A stretch of 64,000 nt of DNA from Trichosphaerium sp. ATCC 40318. Taxonomy: Eukaryota > Protista > Tubulinea. The DNA lies in contig JALMLS010000149.1 in NCBI GenBank assembly GCA_038496445.1, positions 186,001-250,000 of the forward strand, in the 5' to 3' direction. Position numbers and translations under genes: made by a program. The notes under the pieces were generated by a model. The model saw nothing but the letters and a program-made list of their open reading frames with translations. It ran no database searches and was not told where the DNA came from. This document shows, piece after piece, positions 1 to 9,547 of the stretch. Position 1 is the first letter of the stretch; each line of letters begins with the position of its first letter.

Positions 1-459
1 GTATGGAACAACAAATTGCCGAAAAAGCAGCAAGACAAAAGATGGCTAAAATTGAAGATGAGACATACCTACATAAAGAACAGACCCGCGCAGACGCTGA
101 ATTGTACGTTATTTCGAACAAAAATATGAACAAGAAAATATTTGTGTTCTTTTTTTAGCCAAAATTGTAGTTTCTTTTTACTAACTTTATCTACTAGCTA
201 CTTTGATTCTAAGAGATCTGAGGCTAATAAAAAGATACTCACACCTGAGTACTTAATGTTAGAAGCAATTAAAGGGCTAAGTAATAACACAAAAGTTTAT
301 TTTGGCAAATCCGTTGGACAGGTAATTTTAAACTCCTCATTGTGTATCCCTGCTGTATTAATACGCGATTAGATGTACCTCGACTTTTTTGAGGAGTTAA
401 AGAAATCAATGACCTCAATTGGACCATTTGGCGGTGTAACAACGAAGAAGCAAGGTTAA
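1..459 (+). CDS. ERLIN: Erlin (SPFH/Band 7 family), 3' end only, 3 exons
   Basis: Spliced translation ...KMAKIEDETYLHKEQTRADAE / YFDSKRSEANKKILTPEYLMLEAIKGLSNNTKVYFG matches the Erlin C-terminal pattern (IED..AKADAEYY..NK.KLTPEYL..N.KIYFG). GT-AG introns; TAA at 457-459. Confidence 0.8.
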
Positions 460-1056
460 ACAAGGCAACCTGGCCAGAAGGGAAAGAACCAAAATTACGA
501 ATAACAAATTATGTAAACGTCATTTTCCGTCTATGCAGTTATAATAAACTAACCCTTTCGGATTTTATTGATTGGATGGCTTACAATTCAGATTTGAGAT
601 GATGTTTGGTTTTACGGTTTTTTTATTTTAGTACTCGTGTCAAGTGAAATCCCGCTGTTTTATCGTTTGAGGAGTAGCGTATTAATCACAAGAAGCGTAA
701 GAGCCGAAAAGAGAAGTTATTCTCAGCCTTTTTTAATAGTGAAATTTGTCATTTCGGCGTTTATATCGCTTGTTAATGTAGTATATATAACATAGAAGAG
801 TATGTGAATAGATTTTATGTATTTACTACAAGTACAGGAGGGCTATTTACAATGCGGGGTTTAAAAAAAAATGTAAGGCCTTACAGCGCAGGCTAGACGC
901 TTGATATAAATTATATGGGTAATGTTTAGCAAACTTTGCGGGTTTGTAGTGAGTCGTTCGTAAAAACGTCATTGGCAACTAACTGTGTTTGCCATAGCTG
1001 CTTTACCTTGCGTACTCTGTACGGCCAGGACTTTAAAGATCGATACTATCCAAATG

Positions 1057-1248
1057 TTAGTGAGAAATTGAGTAAAAAGGAAAAACGGTTCTAAATTTGT
1101 TTCTACTGTGTACCTTTTGTATGCCAACAGGGTACTTTACTGTTGAATTCTGTTGTTTCGTCAGTCTTCGCTTCTTGATTGGCAAATAGTTGTCTGGGAT
1201 GTTATTCATGGTGTATTGGATGTTATTTGAGAGATGTGATGTGCTCAT
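1057..1248 (-). CDS. Possible small intronless basic protein (63 aa)
   Basis: ORF with a YLPIKKRRL (NLS-like) motif in an otherwise gene-free 2.3-kb interval. No recognisable domain. Confidence 0.25.
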   Translation of the reverse strand: MSTSHLSNNIQYTMNNIPDNYLPIKKRRLTKQQNSTVKYPVGIQKVHSRNKFRTVFPFYSISH

Positions 1249-2369
1249 TCAGGTGTTAGTTGGCAGTTAAGAGAAAAGTCTGGTAGAAATGAAATAAAAT
1301 GGAAATTAGCGAAAAACTACCCAAATTTCTGTCTTTGGTAAACATACTGCTGACCATTTGAATAAACTAAAGGTCGCTGCTTCTTTATATTTACTTCGTT
1401 TGCGAGCCTTGTTACTTTTGCGGAGTGCTACTATACCAAAAGCATAGAACGTTGCAACACAAAAAAACCTCAGTTTGACAGGAACTTGTGGTTGCAGTGA
1501 ATATTTATTGAAAACGAACATAAAACTAGGAAAGTACTATGCTTAGATTGCACCCCAAGAAGCTTCCAAGTCAGGTTTTTTACCAGAAAATCCAAAGTTA
1601 GTTTAGGGAACAAAGTCTGGTGTAAAACACAACGTTTCTGCTTTAACATTGCTATGTAATGCAGGTTTCGTGCAGTCTGGGCTATGCGTTGAGGTCGCCT
1701 TGATAACATTCCTTCATATCCTTCAATTGTGCATCACATTGCCCGTGGCAGTACCAAAGCGACTTCTTTCCCATCATCAACGCACCCCAGCGGCTCGAGA
1801 ATTTCGGATTGTACAGCTATAGATAGCTATTCGGTTTCTACACGATTACGAGACAATATCAGTTAATTGGTAGTACCGCACCTTGCACAGGGAAGTAGTG
1901 TTTATAATTTTAGACATTCTTCGGTTGAAGAAAAGATGGCTTGAAACTAGAATAAAATGTAGCAGAATTTGCGAATACCCCTTTGTGCATTCGACTGTGA
2001 ATAGAGCAACACTTGACGCATTTCCGGAGGTAACGGTCAACACATCCAAAAAAAGAAAACTGCTAATGATGGATCACCACAACATCGAGAATTTGTTTCG
2101 AATTCACTTAGGTGATTAGCGGATAATTGCCAAACAATTAATCAATGCCAAAGAGTTCTACTGAAAAAAACCAAAGGCTTACTATAATTTTCCGTGCTTT
2201 GGCTTCCATATTATACTGCGCAGCTATTTTGCTTTTCCTTTATTTTTGTACAATTACAGACTTTTTTGTTTCTTAATTAGGAAACAATACAAAGCGTCGT
2301 TGTGCCCTGTAAAAAACAAACTACGCTTGTATATAACATAGAACGCATGCACTTGTTTTTTTATGACTG

Positions 2370-2464
2370 TTAAACTGATCTCGATTAAAATCACGTTTCG
2401 GCAACCGAAATACGCCTGAATAAGCCGGAAACGCTATGGTGTTGAATTGAGAACTATCTTCAAT
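2370..2464 (+). promoter_or_regulatory. Conserved non-coding element upstream of the pseudokinase ORF
   Basis: 94/95 nt identical to 51294-51388 while the flanks diverge. A 34-nt core is identical in all three copies. Confidence 0.6.
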
Positions 2465-2747
2465 AGATTTAACGTGCCGCTTGAGTAATTAGCAGACTTG
2501 TTTTTGTTTAGTTTTTTAGTTTTGTTTCTCCCTTTTTCCACAAGACTGAAAAAAACTAAAAATGCAATTCAACTGATGCGCAACAGTCTGTCACGCCACA
2601 TCAAAGGATATCAGTCTTCGCGATGGACTGGTTCGATATGTTTCTCCTACCACTCTACAATGTTAGTTATCGGCTTTAACTGCGCAGTATACGCGTGTAC
2701 GCCAATAATATCTAACTACTAATACCATCGCAACTCTTCCAAACAAA

Positions 2748-3269
2748 ATGCCAATCCTATCATTCCTCAAGAACAAGAAGACCCAACCGACCTCCCAAAG
2801 CCTCGAACAGATTGCGCGTAGAGGACTCAAACACAAAACAGTTCTGAAGGTGCTCAAATCGACGGTGATAGAGCTGGATGTCTTACATCAAGCAGGATAT
2901 GCTTACCAACGCATAAACGGACACAACATCAAAGTCCATCGCAAACAACACTGTTTGATGCTCACAGGTTCTCTCAGCAACAATGGCAACCCTCTAAACA
3001 GCTCTCTGGTACTTGAAATGCAACAAAAAAAGGATATTCACCAACTCGGCTGCTTGGCAACCTGGCTCACCATCGGAGGCGATTTTGAGCGCGTACAAAC
3101 ACTGGACAGGCACCAACAACTTCTTGCTTTGAAAGATGCTCGAGCTTCAGCGACACTCATTAACTTTGTATCTGCGTGCTTTGGTAAAACCACAACTGCG
3201 CGGTACCTTTTTTCCACACTAGAAACTGTACATGTAAAACAGTTAAAAATAAAAAATAGATTTATGTAG
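2748..3269 (+). CDS. Intronless kinase C-lobe-only pseudokinase-like protein, copy A (173 aa)
   Basis: [18 protein letters not shown] resembles subdomain VI (LH..GIVHRDIKPxNILV), [14 protein letters not shown] resembles subdomain IX, and [12 protein letters not shown] resembles XI. The ORF is intact in three paralogs. Confidence 0.75.
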   Translation: MPILSFLKNKKTQPTSQSLEQIARRGLKHKTVLKVLKSTVIELDVLHQAGYAYQRINGHNIKVHRKQHCLMLTGSLSNNGNPLNSSLVLEMQQKKDIHQLGCLATWLTIGGDFERVQTLDRHQQLLALKDARASATLINFVSACFGKTTTARYLFSTLETVHVKQLKIKNRFM

Positions 3270-3420
3270 ACAACTTTTGTTACTCGCTCGTTCTAAGATT
3301 TTGTTCAAAGTTCATCTTCTATGCCATGTCATTAAAAATGTGCGTCATTGCAATAGTTTCCTTGTTTGTATTTGATAACAGTACTCAGGCAACTTCAAAT
3401 AAGTTCTTTATGGGATTTAG

Positions 3421-3442
3421 TAGAAATTCCACAGAAATTTCG
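3421..3442 (+). promoter_or_regulatory. Imperfect heat-shock-element-like GAA/TTC array upstream of Hsp70
   Basis: TAGAAATTCCACAGAAATTTCG ~90-110 nt before the ATG, identical in the second Hsp70 copy (27350-27371). Only one perfectly spaced GAAnnTTC unit. Confidence 0.35.
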
Positions 3443-3529
3443 CTGATTTTCATACTTCACATAAAACAATCGCTTCAAGACAACACCATTATTTCAAAAA
3501 TCATTCAAACAACACAACAACGTACTAAA

Positions 3530-5425
3530 ATGAGTCAATCAACAAAAATAAGAGGACCATGCATCGGTATTGACCTTGGAACGACATATTCTTGCGTCGG
3601 TCACTACAACAACGGTAAAGTCGATATCATCGCCAACGACAACGGTAACAGAACAACTCCAAGTTATGTTTCGTTTGGAGATACAGAACGTCTTATTGGT
3701 GAAGCGGCAAAGAACCAAGCAGCAATGAATCCAACCAACACTGTTTTCGATGCAAAGAGATTGATTGGACGTAAATTCAACGACCAGTCAGTTCAGAGCG
3801 ATGCCAAACACTGGGCCTTTAAAATTATCAACAAAGACGGAAAGCCACACGTTCAAGTCACTTTCAAAAATGAACTCAAGACTTTCACACCAGAAGAAAT
3901 CAGCGCCATGGTACTTTCAAAGATGAAGCAAACAGCGGAGAACTACCTTGGACAGAAAGTCACAGATGCCGTTGTCACAGTCCCTGCCTATTTTAACGAC
4001 GCCCAGCGTAAGTCTACAAAAGATGCTGGTATCATTGCAGGACTCAATATCAGAAGAATTATCAACGAGCCTACAGCGGCAGCACTTGCTTATGGACTCG
4101 ACACAGCGAACAAGGGCGAGAGAAATGTTCTAGTATTCGATTTGGGCGGTGGTACTTTTGATGTCAGTCTTTTGACCCTCGATGAAGGTGTCACTGAGGT
4201 ACGCGCCACAGCTGGCAACACTCATTTGGGTGGAGAAGATTTTGACAACAGAGTCGTGGATCATTTCATCAAAGAGTTCAAACGCAAACACAACCTCGAT
4301 ATTTCCAACAACGACCGTGCTCTAAGACGTCTCCGTACAGCTTGTGAACGTGCAAAGAGGACTCTTTCAAACGCTACAATGGCATCTATCGAAATTGATG
4401 CTCTATATCAAGGCACAGACTTTTTCACAAAACTATCAAGAGCACGTTTTGAAGAGCTCAATATGGATCTTTTCAAGCAAACTCTTCAACCAGTTGAACA
4501 AGTTCTCAGAGATGCCAAGATGGACAAACATACTATTCACGAAATCATTCTGGTTGGTGGATCTACACGTATTCCAAGAATACAGAAGATGCTCTCTGAT
4601 TATTTCAATGGAAAGAAACTCAACAAATCCATCAATCCAGATGAAGCTGTTGCTTATGGTGCCGCTGTTCAAGCAGCGATCATTGCTGGGAAAAAAGATA
4701 AAATATTGGACGACATTGTACTCATCGATGTTGCTCCTTTGAGTATGGGATTGGAGACTGCAGGTGGTATCATGACGACTCTAATTCCAAGAAACACAAA
4801 GATTCCAACGACAAAAGAACAATATTTCTCGACAGCTGCTGATAATCAAACTGCAGTTACAATTCAAGTGTTTGAAGGAGAAAGGCGATTCACAAAAGAC
4901 AACAGAGCACTTGGCCAATTCAATTTGACGAATATTCCTCCAGCTCCTCGTGGTGTACCTAAGATAACGGTGGTATACGCTATAGACTCAAACGGTATCC
5001 TTACAGTGAGCGCCAAAGACGAAGCGAATGGTAACTCAAAGAGTATCGAGATTCAAGCGCAAACAGGCAATCTCACAAAAGAAGATATCGATCGAATGGT
5101 AGCAGAGTCTGAGAAATTCAAAGAAGATGACGAGAAAGCATTACAACGTGTTGAAGCAAAGAATAACTTGGAGAATTACGCCTTCCATGTGCGTTCTACA
5201 CTTGAAGAAAAGAATATGAAGGAGAAACTTGCGCCTGAGGAGTTATCAACACTTGAAGAACAAGTCATGGATTCAATTCGATTTACAGAAAACAACCCAA
5301 ATGAAAGTGCTGACACATACAATACAAGGCGTAGTCAACTTGAAGAGAAGGTCAACAAATTAATGGCAAAGATTCATCAGTCAGGAAGTCCACCAACACA
5401 ACCAAGTGTAGAAGAAGTTGAATAA
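3530..5425 (+). CDS. HSP70: Hsp70 chaperone, intronless, copy 1 (631 aa)
   Basis: [40 protein letters not shown]; C-terminus VEEVE. True start is probably MSQSTK at 3530 rather than the longer ORF start. Confidence 0.97.
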   Translation: MSQSTKIRGPCIGIDLGTTYSCVGHYNNGKVDIIANDNGNRTTPSYVSFGDTERLIGEAAKNQAAMNPTNTVFDAKRLIGRKFNDQSVQSDAKHWAFKIINKDGKPHVQVTFKNELKTFTPEEISAMVLSKMKQTAENYLGQKVTDAVVTVPAYFNDAQRKSTKDAGIIAGLNIRRIINEPTAAALAYGLDTANKGERNVLVFDLGGGTFDVSLLTLDEGVTEVRATAGNTHLGGEDFDNRVVDHFIKEFKRKHNLDISNNDRALRRLRTACERAKRTLSNATMASIEIDALYQGTDFFTKLSRARFEELNMDLFKQTLQPVEQVLRDAKMDKHTIHEIILVGGSTRIPRIQKMLSDYFNGKKLNKSINPDEAVAYGAAVQAAIIAGKKDKILDDIVLIDVAPLSMGLETAGGIMTTLIPRNTKIPTTKEQYFSTAADNQTAVTIQVFEGERRFTKDNRALGQFNLTNIPPAPRGVPKITVVYAIDSNGILTVSAKDEANGNSKSIEIQAQTGNLTKEDIDRMVAESEKFKEDDEKALQRVEAKNNLENYAFHVRSTLEEKNMKEKLAPEELSTLEEQVMDSIRFTENNPNESADTYNTRRSQLEEKVNKLMAKIHQSGSPPTQPSVEEVE

Positions 5426-5590
5426 ATGTAATATATGAAATAATGTCTTGTTTTTTTTTGCACATAAATTTCACGTGATTTTTTTATGACTCCATTTGAC
5501 TTAGTAAACTACCCAAACTCAAGAAGCCTAAAATAAGCACAAAACTTCCTATTTAGTTAGCTACTGTTTGAGGACTGCAACGCGGGAACA

Positions 5591-6522
5591 ATGAGTCGCC
5601 TTGGTGCTTGTGTAGTAGATTTTGACAAAACTATAACAAAACATGACACATCGCGTGTTTTAATGAATTGCGGTATATGGCTTGCTTTTAAAACGAAAAC
5701 TTACACTATTAGTTGTCAAAACACGCCCAGACGTTAAAGATGAATGGGTAGCGTTTGAGAAGGCGTACTATCAGTCATATAAAACATATCATGCTCAAAT
5801 AGACAAACACCCGTCATTTGACGCTTTTATTGCAGCTATGGACGAGTTTGAGCTCAAGTGGATTAAAAGTACGCAATATGAGCATAACTACCTTTGCTCT
5901 AACTCTTCCAGAGATTGTAGATAAAGATTTTCTCAAAGGAGCAAGGTTGACAGATATTGAAAATGCTGCCAAAGATATAGAGACGCGCGAGCATGCCCTA
6001 GAAACCCTCAAATGGCTTCATGAGAATAACGTACCTGTGGTGGTGCTAAGCTTGTGCTGGAGTAAGTCAATGATTGCTTCTGTATTCAAAAACCAAGGTG
6101 GATTTTCAGGTACAAAATTAATACGTTTCTTTCCTTTTCTTGACATATTTTTAGTGCGGCTTGTCACGAATTCTTTAACGATGAAAGATGGTGTATCTAC
6201 AGGAGAGATTGAGGGTCATGTCCATACAGCTCAATCAAAGTTAGATATCATAAAGGAACTGCGTGCCGAGTACGCAAAGAAGGGTCAAAAAGTAGCGTAC
6301 ATTGGAGATTCAGCATGGGACGTTCCAGCGCTACTACACGCTGATATACCGCTTGTTGTTGGCAAGTCTCAATCACTAGCAGAAGTCTGCGAGAAATTCA
6401 ATATTAAGAGATACAAACCTGACACTTGGAATGATTCTTGTAGTAACGACGAAAAACGAGTTGTTAATATGCCTTCATGGCAAGCAATAAGAGAGTTATT
6501 GTCAAAAGACGTTAAGGCATAA
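5591..6522 (+). CDS. HAD-superfamily phosphatase (TH2/thiamine-phosphate-phosphatase-like HAD domain)
   Basis: N-terminal VVDFDKTIT (DxDxT), LSLCWS motif II, YIGDSAWD motif IV; three short GT-AG introns. Confidence 0.8.
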
Positions 6523-6621
6523 TAAAAGAGAAATTAAGCGCACTTCGAAATAACTTTGCTAAAAGTAGAAATTAGTTGGTGAATTTTGCTGTTTGAATGA
6601 CATTACAGCTTGTATAATACT

Positions 6622-9211
6622 ATGGCAGAGGATACATTACATATTGCTAGTTATCAAGACCTTGTAGTGGTATAATTGTTTACAATTTGTTGAAATTGTA
6701 TCCAACACGCTTTAGGATGGCTTTGATAAGGTATCGAATAAAATTCTACGCGGTACACAGATAACTGGGTTTTTGGTCGATTTTTGGGAAGGCTACGCTC
6801 AAGTACAGGAGAATTATGGTAATTTAGCCTAGTTGACACTTATTGTTAATAAGTTTTTCAAAAGCAAAGGGTTTATCACGATTACTAGCCTCTCCAGCTG
6901 CGAATTTCAAACCTTCTGTGTTCGGGCGGTTTTTTAAAAGCGAGAAAATCGCTGATTATGGGTACGAGCAGTTCTTTTTTTTTGAAATGAAATACGTACT
7001 GAATGAGCGAAGTGTGGTCGTTGTTTTCGTTGTATTGACGTATCTTAGAACAGTCCAGGAAGCATGGGACACGTTTTTAAAAACAATGAAAGAAATAGCA
7101 ACAATGCAAGCAAGCGTTGCTAGCTTGGTTCGTAAAGATATACATAAGCCTTTGATGGAATATAAGATAGTGACAGATGTTACAAATCGCATGGTACACT
7201 TTTTTTTCAATCGATCGAAAAGCCAGATCTGTGCTTTTTTTTGTCAAGTCACGTGATTTGACAAAGAGACAACTTATTTGGGTAGACGATTTCTGAAGGA
7301 AAGAAACAACTTGAGGAACTGAGAAGAAACCTTTCCTTGGCATCTAGGGTAAGTTATTAATCACGTGATATACTTTCACTTTTAGCTAATACCTAATTTC
7401 AACAAGGCAAAACAAAAATATGTTAGACAACATAAAGATGCAGAAAGGGCAATGAATGACTTAGAAAAAATAAAGTCTGCATCAAACCCAAATTTTGATA
7501 GAATAAAAAAGGTACAGCACTGAAAACGAGATTACTAAGGCAAGCAGTTTTGACTTACTTTTTTGCCCTCCTGTGATAGATGGACGCCGATAAAACGTTT
7601 AAGTGTACTGCGGTGACTGTTGCTGAAAGCGATTATAAAAAAGCAATACAACAAGCGAACGCAGTACAACAAGAGCACTATGAAAATAAAATGCCAAGGA
7701 TTTTTGATGGTGCGTTATATATTTTTTATTTGACATTGTACTTTTCAAATGTTGAAATCTTTGTTTATTGGTCTTAGCATTACAAGAGCTTGAAGAAGAA
7801 CGAATTAATAAATTCACTGGTTCGATGAGAACATTTCTTAACTTACATCTAAATCTGATTGATCAGTCTCAGCAGAGTTTTATCCCTGTAGCAAAATTAG
7901 GTAATAATTTGTGATCTTTTACATTTTTGACAAGGTTCTTTGTATAGGTATCGACAAGGAATCAGACGTTATAAATTACGTTAAAGAAAACCTCGGTGAT
8001 ACAGAGCCACCTGAATTACTCGTATTCGAACCACTTGGACCTCCCACACTCGCAAAAAATAAGAAAGCTATCGAAGAACCTAAAATTGAAGAAATTTCTA
8101 AACCAAAACGAGATAATGGAACAGAACCACAAGAGAAGGATTCTCAGGTATATCAAAACCATATTTCAGAAATAATTCATTCTAATCACTTTCTAAAGAA
8201 CGAGGATGATCTCGAAAGCGAGGAACCAAAGCGAAAAAAGAGTCGTGTTTCAAACAAGAGTGTTAAAAAGGAAAATACCTCATCAAATAGTAATGGTAAA
8301 GAAGAAGTAAAGACGCCTAATCGTAGGCGGAAACAATCATCATTCGGGTGCGTTTCACTTGAACCTTTATAATTGTCAAATGGCTTTACTTACTGGCAGA
8401 ACGTGATAGATTCAATGACACAGAGGTAGAAGGCATTTTTGGTGCAGAACAAAAGGTAGCTACTTTTTCTTGATTGTTGACTTGCTTAGTTTTCTGTTTT
8501 ATAGCGTGCAGAGGCACCTAAGCAACAAGAAAAAAAGCCAGAGCCCCCAGATACAAATATTGATACATTGCTACGTCTAGCAAAACAAAATGATTTTTAT
8601 GCCTTCTTTGGTACCTTTAATCACATCTAATAATGATGCTAAGTTTATCAAGGTGTACCACCAGAGGCTGAATTATCAGCCATCTCAAAGAAACGACGAG
8701 AACTCACACAAAAACTACATCCAGACAAGTTTGCTGATAATGATGAAGAACGCGTGGTGGCAAGTGAGAAGTTGTCAAAAATTAATGAAATATACACAAA
8801 CGTATTCCGTCGGGGTAAGAGTTTGAAATGAAGTTTTGCTTTACTAAAACAAGCTGCTTTGAGCGTAGATGAAACCCGAAACTTGTACAATACAATATGT
8901 CAATATAGGGGTTATTATAAACAATTTGAAGGAAAGGACGCTAAGCAACTGTACGTGGAATAGAGATTTTCAGTCTTTTTTTTGAAGACAAGAAAATTTG
9001 TGCTCACCTTTTTTTGTAAAGTTTGGGTGCGTACTCAAGGCTGGATGGGCTTCGTAAGACAATGAAAAGAGCGAATATGCCAAGTAAGCTTTTACTTTTG
9101 TGTTAAATAATTAGCGCTAACTTTGTGGTTTTAGATGACCTTAATGAAGAGCTAAAGGAAGCTGCTAGAATTTTATCTGCGTTACGTACAAAAGCAGAAC
9201 AAAACCAATAA
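6622..9211 (+). CDS. F-BAR domain protein with C-terminal J-domain (DnaJ)
   Basis: F-BAR-type exons (DGFDKV...ENYAKGLSRL; TVQEAWD; YENKMPRIFDALQELEEERI; IDKESDV), a low-complexity linker, then NDFYAFFGVPPEAELSAISKKRRELTQKLHPDKF (HPD motif). Confidence 0.8.
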
Positions 9212-9547
9212 AAATACATTAAACCTCTGGAAAATCTTCAAGTCAGCGCACCCTGTGACAAGACATTTCGCACTGTAGTGTTATTTCACGTAACACTAGT
9301 TTGTCCAAAAAAAAACATTCTTGGATCTTGATAGATAAGTTGCTATGTAATGTTGTTGCATAATTTGAGGTATCCACCAAGACGCTGGTTTTGCATAAGC
9401 ACAACTAGGACATACGTTTCACCACTGAAATGTGTTCCAAAACACGTTGGGAAGAAATTGCCAACGAGTTAGCAACTTGTCAACAGTGGTAAATTGCAGT
9501 TAAGTGAAATTACTTGCGCAAAATGAACCTACGAACGTGAGGTGCGC

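Larger units (their letters stand above)
1859..3310 (+). repeat. Copy A of a dispersed cassette: conserved upstream non-coding blocks + pseudokinase ORF
   Basis: Distal block (TCAGTTAATTGGTAGT 1859-1874; TTCCGGAGGTAACGGTCAA 2022-2040) recurs at 49542-49905 (+). Proximal region + ORF recurs at ~51170-52250 (+) and inverted at ~49960-51085. Confidence 0.9.

Noticed and set aside
2363-2419. Conserved element reads MTVKLISIKIT..., superficially a kinase VAIK strand that could be the missing N-lobe exon
   Set aside because: It is followed by an in-frame TGA, copy B has a 1-nt indel, and there is no Gly-loop or usable splice path to the ORF.
3326-3529. 68-aa N-terminal extension (signal-peptide-like) of the 699-aa Hsp70 ORF
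   Set aside because: The second copy lacks this ATG and hydrophobic start, the region looks like promoter/5'UTR, and there is no ER-retention motif. MSQSTK is the likely start.
4344-4742. Alternative-frame and antisense ORFs within both Hsp70 genes (also 26050-26448, 26120-26356)
   Set aside because: Shadows of a conserved coding sequence, duplicated only because Hsp70 is duplicated.
1859-5461. Cassette as an autonomous transposon or endogenous virus
   Set aside because: No transposase, integrase, RT, capsid, terminal repeats or target-site duplications are visible.
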